Of a DNA stretch of 60,463 bases, positions 37,440-47,609 are shown one piece after another. The stretch spans positions 1 to 60,463 of the forward strand of contig JAKSQQ010000001.1 in NCBI GenBank assembly GCA_024404015.1. The letters are read 5' to 3'. The position numbers were made by a program, and so were the translations under genes. Under the pieces are notes generated by a model. That model was not told where the DNA came from, made no database searches, and was given only the letters and a program-made list of their open reading frames with translations. This DNA is from Clostridia bacterium (lineage in GTDB: Bacteria; Bacillota; Clostridia; Oscillospirales; Acutalibacteraceae). Position 1 is the first letter of the stretch, and the number at the start of each line of letters is the position of its first letter.

Positions 37440-38132
37440 ATGCTCGCATTAAAAATAATACTCGGCATCATTCTCTTCTTTATCCTCATTCTTTCGGTAA
37501 AGGTCCGTGTGACCGTTCATTCCGAGGACGGTATTGACCTGAACGTCAGATGGCTGTTTCTGAAATTCAGGATTTTACCCAAGAAGGAAAAAGGCAAAAA
37601 GAAGAAAAAGAAGAAACCGAAAAAAGAAGATGAGACGGTCAGCGAACCCAAGCCGCCCAAGGAAAAGAAGAAGGGCGACAATATATTTGTCTGCTTTTAC
37701 AAGAATAACGGCGTTGAGGGCGTGGTTGATCTTCTCAAAAGACTTGCAGAGGTCCTTAAGACCGGCTTTGGCAATGTTGCCCGTTCATTTACCATTGAAG
37801 AGCTTTATATTTCTTTGCTGGTAGGTGCAGGTGACAGCGCGGCGACTGCAGATAAATACGGCAAGACCTGCGCCGCAGTATTCCCCGCAATGGGGGTAAT
37901 CACAAGCAAGCTGAAGGTTAAGAAGTACAGCATTGACGTTAACCCCGATTTCATATACGGCGGCAACAACGCAAGGGTACACGCTCAGCTTTCCGTTGTT
38001 CCCAGACGTCTGATAAATTCATTCATCGGAATGGGTGTCCGTCTGGTATTCAAAGTAGTTATAAAATTCCTTAGAGGCACAAAGGCAAAAAAGCCCGAAG
38101 CACAGAAGGAAGAAAATAAAAATTCTAATTGA
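37440..38132 (+). CDS. DUF2953 (YtfI-like) membrane protein
   Basis: N-terminal TM, Lys-rich stretch, GAGDSAATA..YG, VNPDF; upstream of a ytfJ-like gene. Confidence 0.75.
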   Translation: MLALKIILGIILFFILILSVKVRVTVHSEDGIDLNVRWLFLKFRILPKKEKGKKKKKKKPKKEDETVSEPKPPKEKKKGDNIFVCFYKNNGVEGVVDLLKRLAEVLKTGFGNVARSFTIEELYISLLVGAGDSAATADKYGKTCAAVFPAMGVITSKLKVKKYSIDVNPDFIYGGNNARVHAQLSVVPRRLINSFIGMGVRLVFKVVIKFLRGTKAKKPEAQKEENKNSN

Positions 38133-38147
38133 AAGGTGTAATTAAAA

Positions 38148-38582
38148 ATGAAAGAACAGTCAGCATCAGGCATTCTCGGCACATCAATTGACAAGATTAA
38201 GGATCTTGTAGACGTCAGTACTATTATCGGCGATCCCATCAAAATTTCCGATACTCTTCAGATTATCCCCGTTTCAAAGGTAACCTACGGCTTTGCTTCG
38301 GGTGGCAGCGACTTCCCCTCAAAGAATAATCAGGAACTCTTCGGCGGCGGCGGCGGAGCAGGCGTTACCATTTCTCCCGTTGCTTTTCTTGTAGTTAATA
38401 ACGGCAGCGTTTCCGTTAAGTACATCAATGCAGCCGAGGGTTCGGTTGAAAGAGTTATCGGCATGGTACCCGATATCGTTGACAAGGCAAGCGACGTTAT
38501 CGCTCAGCTCAAGAATAAGGACACTACCGTTGATACGGCCATTGAGAATTATCTTGACGAAAATAAGGCAGATGCCGAATAA
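38148..38582 (+). CDS. ytfJ: YtfJ/GerW family protein
   Basis: VDVSTIIGDPI, IIPVSKVTYGFASGG, FGGGGGAGVTISPVAFLV. Confidence 0.92.
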   Translation: MKEQSASGILGTSIDKIKDLVDVSTIIGDPIKISDTLQIIPVSKVTYGFASGGSDFPSKNNQELFGGGGGAGVTISPVAFLVVNNGSVSVKYINAAEGSVERVIGMVPDIVDKASDVIAQLKNKDTTVDTAIENYLDENKADAE

Positions 38583-38600
38583 TTTTCCGAGGTAACCGTT

Positions 38601-39341
38601 TTGGCAGAAAAAATCAGATTACAGAAGTTCCTTGCCGAAGCAGGCGTGGCTTCAAGGAGAAAATCCGAAGAGCTTATCGCCGCCGGCAAGGTCAGAGTCA
38701 ATAATAAACCCGCAAAAATCGGTGACAGCGTTGACCCCGCCGCCGATACCGTTACCGTTTACGGTAAAAGGGTAGCCAGGAGCAATAATCTTTATTATAT
38801 CCTGCTCAATAAACCCAGAGGATATGTCACAACCATGGATGACGACTTGGGAAGAAAGTGCGTTACCGAGCTTGTGAGTGACATTAAAGAGAGAATCTAT
38901 CCCGTGGGTCGCCTTGACAGAGTATCCGAGGGTGCGCTTCTGATGACCAATGACGGTGCATTTGCCAACGCAATGATGCATCCTTCCCGCCACGTTCCCA
39001 AGACCTATCGCGTTACGGTGCGTGCGGAGGTTACGAAGTCACAGGTTGAGAAGCTTTCTTCGGGTATTGAACTTGACGGCAGGATGACCGCTCCCGCGGA
39101 GGTTCACGTCATTGACAAGGCAGAGGACAGATCCGTTCTTGAAATAGTACTTTATGAGGGCAGAAACAGACAGATACGCCGTATGTGCGAATCTCTTGAG
39201 CTTGAGGTTATCCGCCTCAAGAGAATTGCCGTGGGTAACGTTCGTCTGGGCACTCTCCCTGTGGGTAAATACCGTGACCTTACAGAGAAAGAAATTCATT
39301 CCCTTCTTGTAATGTCCGGAGATGTAAAGGAGCAGGACTGA
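38601..39341 (+). CDS. rluB: rRNA pseudouridine synthase (RluB/RsuA family)
   Basis: S4 domain RLQKFLA..GVASRR, YPVGRLD, EGRNRQIRRM; TTG start. Confidence 0.93.
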   Translation: MAEKIRLQKFLAEAGVASRRKSEELIAAGKVRVNNKPAKIGDSVDPAADTVTVYGKRVARSNNLYYILLNKPRGYVTTMDDDLGRKCVTELVSDIKERIYPVGRLDRVSEGALLMTNDGAFANAMMHPSRHVPKTYRVTVRAEVTKSQVEKLSSGIELDGRMTAPAEVHVIDKAEDRSVLEIVLYEGRNRQIRRMCESLELEVIRLKRIAVGNVRLGTLPVGKYRDLTEKEIHSLLVMSGDVKEQD

Positions 39342-39685
39342 TGGTTAGCTTCAAACCCTGCAATGAAACAAGCGGCGGTGCTTACTATACCGCCCGTAAT
39401 GAAAACGGTGAAGAGCTGGGTAACTGCAGTTTTGAGTATGCCGGCTTTGAAATGAGATTCACCTCGGTGTCCTGCGAGGACGATATGATTCGCGAGGGAC
39501 TTGCCCGCAGCGCAATGAACTACTGTGCCAACAGAGGCGCCTACGTTTGTTATCTCGGTGCGGATATGCTGTCTCCCGCATTTGTCCGCCTCGGCTTTAC
39601 AAAGGATAATCTGACGGTGGAAATACCGGATGCACTGGCATCTTCCTGCTGTGCATGCAAAGAAAAAGGTGATACCGATGATTAA
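39341..39685 (+). CDS. Hypothetical protein, possibly a degenerate GNAT-like fold, with a C-terminal CCAC motif
   Basis: Overlaps the rluB stop and yloC start, RBS present; FVRLGF resembles the GNAT Y..LGF motif. Confidence 0.7.
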   Translation: MVSFKPCNETSGGAYYTARNENGEELGNCSFEYAGFEMRFTSVSCEDDMIREGLARSAMNYCANRGAYVCYLGADMLSPAFVRLGFTKDNLTVEIPDALASSCCACKEKGDTDD

Positions 39686-40556
39686 GAGTATGACCGGATA
39701 CGGCAGAAGTCAGAATGTCGTTGACGGTATGAATATTACCGTAGAGGTAAAAAGTGTCAATCACAGATACTTTGAGTTTTCATCAAAGCTTCCCCGTAAC
39801 TACGGCTTCCTTGACGAGAAACTGAAAAGTTTCTTCATGGGTAAGCTCACAAGGGGAAAGATGGAATGCTATGTTACCGTGGAATCCGTTGAGGAGCCCG
39901 ATATCATAGTTGAGGTAAATCATCCTCTGGTAAAAAGTTATCTGGATGCATATAAATCCATTTCCGAAACCTATTTTCTTGAGAATGACGTAAAGGTTAC
40001 GGATATTGTCAAAGCACCCGATGTGCTTATGATAAGAAAGCAGGCAGCCGATGAAGACAGAATCTGGTCTGCCGTTAAGGAAGTTGCCTCCGATGCGCTT
40101 TCAAAATTCATTGAAATGCGTGAAATTGAGGGCGGACGCCTTAAAGATGACGTTGATTCCCGACTTGATTTCATCCTCGGATGTGTTGAAAAGGTTGAGG
40201 AGCGTTCACCCGAAACGGTTAAGGAATATAACGAGAAGCTCCTTGCCCGTCTTACCGAAATGCTGGGTGACGTTCACATTGAGGAATCAAGGATATTGAC
40301 AGAAGCCGCAATATTTGCGGATAAGATTGCCGTTGCGGAAGAAACCGTCAGACTTCGCAGTCACATTGACCAGATGAGAGTTTATCTGTCATCCGATGAA
40401 GCAACAGGCAAAAAGATGGATTTCCTCGTTCAGGAAATGAACAGAGAAGCCAATACAATCGGCTCCAAGGGTAACGACGTTCAGATAGCCCGCATAGTAG
40501 TGGACATCAAAGCGGAAATAGAAAAAATTCGCGAACAGATTCAGAATATAGAGTAA
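39678..40556 (+). CDS. yloC: YicC/YloC family endoribonuclease
   Basis: MIKSMTGYG, KSVNHRY, QEMNREANTIGSK, REQIQNIE. Confidence 0.95.
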   Translation: MIKSMTGYGRSQNVVDGMNITVEVKSVNHRYFEFSSKLPRNYGFLDEKLKSFFMGKLTRGKMECYVTVESVEEPDIIVEVNHPLVKSYLDAYKSISETYFLENDVKVTDIVKAPDVLMIRKQAADEDRIWSAVKEVASDALSKFIEMREIEGGRLKDDVDSRLDFILGCVEKVEERSPETVKEYNEKLLARLTEMLGDVHIEESRILTEAAIFADKIAVAEETVRLRSHIDQMRVYLSSDEATGKKMDFLVQEMNREANTIGSKGNDVQIARIVVDIKAEIEKIREQIQNIE

Positions 40557-40565
40557 GGTGTAGAT

Positions 40566-40835
40566 ATGAAACTGATTAACATCGGCTTCGGTAATATGGT
40601 TAACGCCAACCGTATAGTTGCCATAATCAGCCCCGAATCCGCTCCCGGCAAGCGAATTGTTCAGGAGAGTAAGGAAAAGGGAATACTTATTGATGCGACT
40701 CACGGCAGACGCACCAGAGCAATTATCATCACAGACAGTGATCATGTTGTTCTCTCATACCTTCAGAGTGAAACTCTGGCAAACCGTATGTATGATGATC
40801 AGCAAATCAGTGAGGAGGATGAAGATGACGGATAA
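40566..40835 (+). CDS. remA: RemA/DUF370 family regulator
   Basis: [27 protein letters not shown]. Confidence 0.93.
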   Translation: MKLINIGFGNMVNANRIVAIISPESAPGKRIVQESKEKGILIDATHGRRTRAIIITDSDHVVLSYLQSETLANRMYDDQQISEEDEDDG

Positions 40836-41439
40836 GAAGGGCGTACTTGTAGTATTATCCGGACCTTCCGGCTGCGGTAAGGATACTTTGCTGAGTAAGC
40901 TCGTCCAAAGGAACGATGACGTAAAGGTATCCATCTCAATGACTACCCGTTCCCCCAGAGGTCAGGAGATTGACGGAGTTGATTATTATTTTGTCACCGC
41001 CGAATATTTTGAAAGAAAAATAGAGGGTGGGGAGATGCTTGAATATGCCAATTATGCAGGCAATTATTACGGCACTCCCAAAGCCCCGGTTGACGAAATG
41101 CTGGGCAGAGGTATAAGTGTTATCCTTGAAATTGAGGTGCAGGGCGCGGAAAAAATCAGAAAGGCATATCCCGATGCGGTTACCGTATTCCTTATGCCGC
41201 CGTCACTTGCATCCCTTGAGAAAAGACTTCGTTCCAGAGGAACAGAGGATGAGGAAACCATTTCCCACCGTCTTTTCATCGCCGAGCAGGAAATCCGCCG
41301 TGCCGGTGAATACGATTACGTTGTAGTCAATGATGACCTTGATGAAGCGGTTGCGGATTTTGAAACGGTAATCAACGCAGAAAAAATGCGTTTGACAAGA
41401 AATAAAAATATAATCAGTGAGGTAATCAATAATGTTTAA
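40825..41439 (+). CDS. gmk: Guanylate kinase
   Basis: [36 protein letters not shown]; start set at MTDKKG. Confidence 0.97.
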   Translation: MTDKKGVLVVLSGPSGCGKDTLLSKLVQRNDDVKVSISMTTRSPRGQEIDGVDYYFVTAEYFERKIEGGEMLEYANYAGNYYGTPKAPVDEMLGRGISVILEIEVQGAEKIRKAYPDAVTVFLMPPSLASLEKRLRSRGTEDEETISHRLFIAEQEIRRAGEYDYVVVNDDLDEAVADFETVINAEKMRLTRNKNIISEVINNV

Positions 41440-41641
41440 TCCCGATTTAAGCGGTGTCCTTAAGGACCATGTAAGCCGTTATTCACTTGTTACCGCCACA
41501 GCAGGCAGAGCAAGAGAAATTGCAGAAGAAGCAAAGGAAAACGGTGAAATTATTACAGAAAAGCCCGTCAGTCTGGCTCTTGACCAGATTCTCGCAGGGG
41601 ACTATGAAATCATAGAGCCCGAAGAAATCAGAAACATCTAA
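41432..41641 (+). CDS. rpoZ: RNA polymerase omega subunit
   Basis: SRYSLV.ATAGRAR, KPVSLAL; gmk-rpoZ synteny. Confidence 0.93.
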   Translation: MFNPDLSGVLKDHVSRYSLVTATAGRAREIAEEAKENGEIITEKPVSLALDQILAGDYEIIEPEEIRNI

Positions 41642-41653
41642 GGAAGTGATTAA

Positions 41654-44098
41654 GTGAAATATGCAAAGGTTGCCGTTGAAGCGGCCAATTATTCCTTTGA
41701 CATGGAATTCACTTATTCAATTCCCCGGGAGCTTGAGGCGACTGCTCAGCCGGGCTGCCGTGTAACCGTACCCTTCGGTAACGGCAACAGAAAGTCTCTC
41801 GGTATCATATTTGAACTTACGGATGAATGCGAGGCAAAGAGAATCAAAAAAATCACCGAGGTAAAGGATGAAAGTCCTCTTCTCAATGACGAAATGATAC
41901 GTCTTGCCCGCTTTATATCGGAAAGGACCTTCTGCACTCTTTATGAGGCGGCAAAGTCCATGCTTCCCGCAGGTATCAATTACCGTATGGTGAAGTATTA
42001 TGCCGCCAACCCCGAGGCAGATGAAACAAAGATTGAGAATCTTGAGGGCGGAGAAAAGGAAATCTTTGATTTTCTACTTTCCAGGGGCGAATTTGTCAGG
42101 GAAGACCTGATATATTCAAACCTTTCGATGAAAGGGGACACTCCCTTTATTGAAGCTCTGATGAAAAAGAAGCTTGTTCTGCTCCAATCCGATGCAGTCA
42201 AAAATCTCGGGGACCTTACCGCCAAAATGGTAAGACCCGTTGAAAATGGGGATGAGGGAAAGAAGCTGAGCAAAAAGCAGCAGGAAACCTTTGATATCCT
42301 TAAAGATGCAGGAGCCGCCACCGTGCGTGAGCTGTGCTACTTTACGGGATATACCCCCGCAGTAGTCAATGCCCTTGTAAAAAACGGATATGCCGAATTT
42401 TACGAGTGCGAGGTTGACTATTTTGCCGGTATGAAGGATGATGCCGGCGTGAGAACTGCCGTTTCTCTTACTGAGGAACAGCAGAGGGCAAAGGACAAGC
42501 TCAGTTCCTTTGTCAGAGAAAAAAAGAGATGTACGGCTTTGCTTTACGGTGTAACGGGAAGCGGAAAAACCTCCGTCTATATGAGCTTGATGGATGACGT
42601 TATTGATTCCGGCAAATCCGTTTTACTTCTTGTTCCCGAAATCGGGCTTACACCTCAGGCACTGGGCATTTTCTGTAAAAGATACGGCAAAAGAGTTGCA
42701 GTCTTCCATTCCGCCCTTTCAATCAGAGAGAGAAGTGAACAGTGGAAGCGTGTTAAACGAGGCGAATGCAGTGTGGTTATCGGCACGAGAAGTGCCGTCT
42801 TTGCCCCGCTCACCAATCTCGGCCTCATAATCATTGACGAGGAGCAGGAGCATACATATAAATCCGAGCAGACTCCCAGGTACGATGCCGAGGATGTGGC
42901 AAAGTTCAGGTCTGCCTTCAATGAATGTCCTCTTGTCCTCGCATCGGCAACCCCCAGGGTTGAAAGCTACGCAAAAGCCCTCAAGGGCAGATACGAGCTT
43001 TGCCGTCTGACTTCACGTTACGGTAATGCGGTTATGCCGGATGTACTTACCGTTGACATGAGGACGGCGGAAAAAATGTCGGTATGTACCGAAATCAGCA
43101 AAGAACTTTACGATTCACTTAAAGAAAATCTTGAGTTGGGTAAGCAGTCAATTCTGCTTATCAACCGACGCGGTTATAATACCTTTGCGGTCTGCGATGC
43201 CTGCAGTCAGGTAATTACCTGCCCTAATTGCAGTATTTCAATGACCTATCATTCCGCAAATAACCGTCTGCTGTGTCACTACTGCGGGTATTCAATGCCA
43301 TTTACGGGAGAATGCCCCGAATGTCACGAGCAGTCGGTGAGATATGCGGGCTTCGGCACTCAGAAAATACAGGATGAACTGCAGATTCTTTTTCCCGAAG
43401 CAAAAATTCTGCGTATGGATGCGGATACAACCACTGCCAAGGATTCTCACGGCAGATTTTTCGGTGCCTTTGAAAAGGGGGATTACGATATCCTCATAGG
43501 CACCCAGATGGTAGCAAAAGGACTTGACTTCCCCAATGTTACGCTGGTAGGAGTTATTTCCGTTGACCAACAGCTTTATAATGACGATTTCAGATCCCTT
43601 GAAAAAACCTTTTCTCTTCTCACCCAGGTTGTGGGCAGAAGCGGAAGAGGAAACAGCAGGGGAAAGGCGATTATCCAGACTCTGACTCCCGAAAATGAAA
43701 TCATAAGAATTGCCGCAAAGCAGAATTACGATGAATTTTTCAACACGGAAATCAGAATCAGAAAAGCCATGAAATACCCTCCATTCTGTGACCTTTTCAT
43801 TCTCGGTCTGGTGGGTGTTAACGAGGCGGCTGTCCACATTGCCGCCAATAATATCCTGGAGCTTATCAGAAAGCTTGCGGGAGAAAAATATAAAGACGAA
43901 AAATTACAGGTCCTCGGACCCGTACCCGCAAGGGTGTCAAAGGTCGGAGGAAAATTCCGATATAGAATTATTATCAAGTGTATCAATTCCGCTTCGTTCA
44001 GAGCGATGATGTCCGAAATATTAAAGGAAACCGGCTCCTCACCTTCGTTTAAGAACGTTACAGTTTACGGTGATATGAATCCGGATTCCGTACTTTGA
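41654..44098 (+). CDS. priA: Primosomal protein N'
   Basis: GVTGSGKT, DEEQE, LASATP, four CxxC pairs, GTQMVAKG, QVVGRSGR. Confidence 0.97.
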   Translation: MKYAKVAVEAANYSFDMEFTYSIPRELEATAQPGCRVTVPFGNGNRKSLGIIFELTDECEAKRIKKITEVKDESPLLNDEMIRLARFISERTFCTLYEAAKSMLPAGINYRMVKYYAANPEADETKIENLEGGEKEIFDFLLSRGEFVREDLIYSNLSMKGDTPFIEALMKKKLVLLQSDAVKNLGDLTAKMVRPVENGDEGKKLSKKQQETFDILKDAGAATVRELCYFTGYTPAVVNALVKNGYAEFYECEVDYFAGMKDDAGVRTAVSLTEEQQRAKDKLSSFVREKKRCTALLYGVTGSGKTSVYMSLMDDVIDSGKSVLLLVPEIGLTPQALGIFCKRYGKRVAVFHSALSIRERSEQWKRVKRGECSVVIGTRSAVFAPLTNLGLIIIDEEQEHTYKSEQTPRYDAEDVAKFRSAFNECPLVLASATPRVESYAKALKGRYELCRLTSRYGNAVMPDVLTVDMRTAEKMSVCTEISKELYDSLKENLELGKQSILLINRRGYNTFAVCDACSQVITCPNCSISMTYHSANNRLLCHYCGYSMPFTGECPECHEQSVRYAGFGTQKIQDELQILFPEAKILRMDADTTTAKDSHGRFFGAFEKGDYDILIGTQMVAKGLDFPNVTLVGVISVDQQLYNDDFRSLEKTFSLLTQVVGRSGRGNSRGKAIIQTLTPENEIIRIAAKQNYDEFFNTEIRIRKAMKYPPFCDLFILGLVGVNEAAVHIAANNILELIRKLAGEKYKDEKLQVLGPVPARVSKVGGKFRYRIIIKCINSASFRAMMSEILKETGSSPSFKNVTVYGDMNPDSVL

Positions 44099-44107
44099 GG
44101 TAATAAA

Positions 44108-44611
44108 ATGGCAATCAGAAATATCGTTCAGAAGGATGACGAAATCCTTCGTAAAAAATCAAGACCCGTTGAGAAGTTTGATGCCCGTCTGTGGACTCTT
44201 CTCGATGATATGAAAGAAACAATGTACCTTGCAAACGGCGTGGGACTTGCCGCCGTGCAGGTGGGTATCCTCAGAAGAGTTGTCGTAATGGATTGCTCCG
44301 AGGATAAAAGCGGATATATTGAGCTCATCAATCCCGAAATAACTTCCGTTGAGGGTGAACAGTATGAGCAGGAGGGATGCCTTTCCTTTCCGGGGGAATA
44401 CGGTGTTACCTGCCGTCCCGCAAGCGTAATAGTCAAAGCACAGGACAGAAACGGTAAGTGGTGCGTTTATAAAGGAACAGAGCTTCGTGCCCGTTGCTTC
44501 TGCCACGAAATCGACCATCTTGACGGCGTATGCTTTGTTGATAAGCTTGTTAAAAATCCCGAGGATTATCTGAATAAATCAGATGTATCCGCGGAGAAAA
44601 CAGGTGACTGA
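44108..44611 (+). CDS. def: Peptide deformylase
   Basis: [23 protein letters not shown]. Confidence 0.97.
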   Translation: MAIRNIVQKDDEILRKKSRPVEKFDARLWTLLDDMKETMYLANGVGLAAVQVGILRRVVVMDCSEDKSGYIELINPEITSVEGEQYEQEGCLSFPGEYGVTCRPASVIVKAQDRNGKWCVYKGTELRARCFCHEIDHLDGVCFVDKLVKNPEDYLNKSDVSAEKTGD

Positions 44612-44612
44612 T

Positions 44613-45536
44613 ATGAAATTTGCTTTTATGGGAACTCCCGATTTCGCAGTTCCCTGCCTTCAGAAGCTCATTGACACGGGCAGAGAAATCACGGGTGTTT
44701 TTACCCAGCCGGATAAGCCGAAGGGAAGACACGGTGAACTCACTCCGCCTCCCGTAAAGGAGCTTGCCCTCAGTTATAATCTTCCCGTTTATCAGCCGGT
44801 TAAAATGAAAGACGGTACCGCCCTTGAGATGGTTAAGCAGGCGGATCCCGACCTTATTATCGTTGTTGCTTACGGTAAGATTCTCCCCAAGGAAATACTT
44901 GAATATCCCAAATACGGGTGTATCAATATCCACGCTTCCCTTCTTCCGTCACTCAGAGGTGCCGCTCCCATTCAATGGTCTATTCTCAACGGATGCAAAA
45001 AGACGGGTGTTACCTCAATGCAGATGGATGAGGGACTTGATACCGGCGATATGCTGATAACAAGGGAAGTGGAAATAGGCGAAAATATGAATGCGGAGGA
45101 ATTGTTTGATATCCTTTCCGCTTTGGGTGCCGAGGTAATGGATGAAACCATTAACGCCGCCCTTACGGGAGAGCTTCATCCCGTTCCGCAGGACCATTCA
45201 AAATTCACCTATGCTCCCATGCTTTCAAAAGAAAATTCACCCATTGACTGGAATATGACCGCCCGGCAGGTACATGACCATATCAGAGGCCTTTATTCCT
45301 GGCCCTGCGCTACGGCGGTTACGGAGGGAAAAACCTACAAGATTCAGAAGAGCGTTCTCTGTGACAAAAAAGGAACGTTCCCGGGTGAAATTGTTGAAAA
45401 AGAAAACAGAATTATTGTTGCCTGCGGCGACCTTAATACGATAGAGATTCTTCAGCTTCAGGCAGAAAATAAAAAATCAATGCCTGCAAAGGATTTCCTC
45501 AGAGGAAATAAAATTACCGCAGACAGATTTGAATAA
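44613..45536 (+). CDS. fmt: Methionyl-tRNA formyltransferase
   Basis: FMGTPDFA, VVAYG, NIHASLLP..RGAAP, MDEGLDTG; start set at MKFAF. Confidence 0.97.
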   Translation: MKFAFMGTPDFAVPCLQKLIDTGREITGVFTQPDKPKGRHGELTPPPVKELALSYNLPVYQPVKMKDGTALEMVKQADPDLIIVVAYGKILPKEILEYPKYGCINIHASLLPSLRGAAPIQWSILNGCKKTGVTSMQMDEGLDTGDMLITREVEIGENMNAEELFDILSALGAEVMDETINAALTGELHPVPQDHSKFTYAPMLSKENSPIDWNMTARQVHDHIRGLYSWPCATAVTEGKTYKIQKSVLCDKKGTFPGEIVEKENRIIVACGDLNTIEILQLQAENKKSMPAKDFLRGNKITADRFE

Positions 45537-45560
45537 TATCCCATTACGTAAGACGGAGGT

Positions 45561-46265
45561 ATGGATATGCCGCTTTACTACACAGATATCTGGTATTTTA
45601 TTCTTGTTATCCCCGCGTTGATAATTTCGCTGGTAGCCCAGTCAAGGGTTAAATCAACCTACAAAAAGTTTTCGTCTGTTCCCAATTCAAGAGGCATTAC
45701 GGGAGCTATGGCGGCTCAGATGGTGCTTTCATTTTACGGAATTTCCGATGTTATGATTCAGCCCATTGCCGGTTCACTTACAGATAATTATAATCCTTCC
45801 AAAAAGGTAATTTCTCTTTCCCAGGGTGTATATAACAGCAACTCTGTTGCGGCTATCGGTATTGCCTGCCACGAAGCAGGTCACGCCGCCCAGCACGCGG
45901 AAAATTATCTGCCCAATCAGATAAGGACGAAGCTTGTTCCCGTATGTAATATCGGTTCTTTCATCGGCTTGCCCATAGCAATTATCGGTGTGATTCTGGG
46001 ACTGACGAATGTTATTTATCTCGGTCTGGCACTTTACGGACTTGTTTTCCTTTTTTCTCTCGTTACTCTCCCCGTTGAATTCAACGCAAGTATGAGAGCG
46101 ATAAGGGTAATTGAAGATACGGGTATGCTTTTCGGCGAAGAAGTTGATTCAGCCAAAAAGGTACTCAAAACGGCGGCAATGACCTATGTTGCGTCAATGC
46201 TTACCGCACTTGCAAATCTTTTGAGATTTGTCATCAGATTTTTAGGCAGCAGCAAACGAAGATAA
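45561..46265 (+). CDS. YugP-like membrane zinc metallopeptidase
   Basis: LTDNYNP, HEAGHAAQH, TLPVEFNAS.RA, AAMTYVA. Confidence 0.92.
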   Translation: MDMPLYYTDIWYFILVIPALIISLVAQSRVKSTYKKFSSVPNSRGITGAMAAQMVLSFYGISDVMIQPIAGSLTDNYNPSKKVISLSQGVYNSNSVAAIGIACHEAGHAAQHAENYLPNQIRTKLVPVCNIGSFIGLPIAIIGVILGLTNVIYLGLALYGLVFLFSLVTLPVEFNASMRAIRVIEDTGMLFGEEVDSAKKVLKTAAMTYVASMLTALANLLRFVIRFLGSSKRR

Positions 46266-46275
46266 GGAGATCCCC

Positions 46276-47601
46276 ATGAAAAGCGCACGGCAGACAGCAT
46301 TTGAAGCATTACTTAAAATTATGAAGGACGGAGCATATTCAAACCTTTTAATTGACAGTATGCTTAAGAATAATCCGGACCTTGACGAGAGAGACAGGGC
46401 CTTTGTCAGCAATCTTGTTTACGGCTCCCTTGACAGACTTATTCTCATTGACTATAACCTGAGTCTGTATCTCAATCAGCCGTCAAAGAAACTGAAGCCG
46501 GAGCTTCATACGGTGCTTGTGTTGGGCGCATATCAGATTCTCTTTATGGATAAGGTTCCCGACCATGCGGCAGTCAGCGAGAGCGTTCAGCTTGCAAAGG
46601 TAAATAAATCCTCATTTGCGGCTTCCCTTGTAAACGCCGTGTTGAGAAGGGTAGCGGATAACGGACTTAAATATCCCGAGGCCGAAGAGGGCTCTGCGGA
46701 ATATCTTTCAATCAGATATTCCTGCCCGGAGTGGATTACGGAGCTGTGGGTGGATTCCTACGGCTATGAAAATGCAAAGGGAATATGCGAAAAAGCCCTT
46801 GAGCCCGCACCCGTAACCATCAGAGTAAATACAACAAAAATTTCTGCCGAGGAGCTTATATGGAAATTAGCGGAGGAGGGCGTAATAGCGGAAAAAACTC
46901 CCATAATTGATAATGCCCTTATTCTTACCTCCCCGGGTCAGATAGATAAGCTTGAATCCTACAACAGCGGTCTGTTTCACATTCAGGATTTATCATCGCA
47001 GTTTTGCTGCAAGGCGGTAAATCCCGATGAAAACGACGTGGTCTTTGATATGTGTGCCGCTCCCGGCGGCAAGACCTTCACCATGGCGGAGATTATGAAG
47101 GGCAAGGGCAGAATCAAATCCTTTGACGTTTATCAGTCAAGGGTTGACCTTATCAAAAGCGGTGCCGCCCGTCTCGATCTTGAAAACGTCAGCACCTTTT
47201 TCTCCGATGCCACCGAATATAACGGCAACTACGGATTTGCGGATAAGATTCTTTGTGACGTTCCCTGCTCGGGATTGGGAATTATCAGACGCAAACCGGA
47301 AATCAGATTCAAAAATAAGAGCGAGATAGAAAAAATTCCCGCTATTCAGTATAAAATCCTCTGCAATGCGATTAAGTATCTTAAACCCGACGGCAGGATA
47401 ATTTATTCCACCTGCACTCTTAATCCCGCAGAGAATGAGGAGGTCTGTGACAGATTCCTCCGTGAGCATCCCGATTTTGCAGTAGCGGAGTATCTTCCCG
47501 ATGTTCCCAGACATTCCGAAGACGAAAAATATATGACATTTATGCCCCACTTACATTCCACAGACGGATTTTTCGTGGCGGTATTTGAACGTAAAGGATA
47601 A
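46276..47601 (+). CDS. rsmB: 16S rRNA m5C967 methyltransferase
   Basis: NusB-like N-domain, DMCAAPGGKT, DVPCSG, YSTCT, DGFF. Confidence 0.95.
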   Translation: MKSARQTAFEALLKIMKDGAYSNLLIDSMLKNNPDLDERDRAFVSNLVYGSLDRLILIDYNLSLYLNQPSKKLKPELHTVLVLGAYQILFMDKVPDHAAVSESVQLAKVNKSSFAASLVNAVLRRVADNGLKYPEAEEGSAEYLSIRYSCPEWITELWVDSYGYENAKGICEKALEPAPVTIRVNTTKISAEELIWKLAEEGVIAEKTPIIDNALILTSPGQIDKLESYNSGLFHIQDLSSQFCCKAVNPDENDVVFDMCAAPGGKTFTMAEIMKGKGRIKSFDVYQSRVDLIKSGAARLDLENVSTFFSDATEYNGNYGFADKILCDVPCSGLGIIRRKPEIRFKNKSEIEKIPAIQYKILCNAIKYLKPDGRIIYSTCTLNPAENEEVCDRFLREHPDFAVAEYLPDVPRHSEDEKYMTFMPHLHSTDGFFVAVFERKG

Positions 47602-47609
47602 TAAATCAG

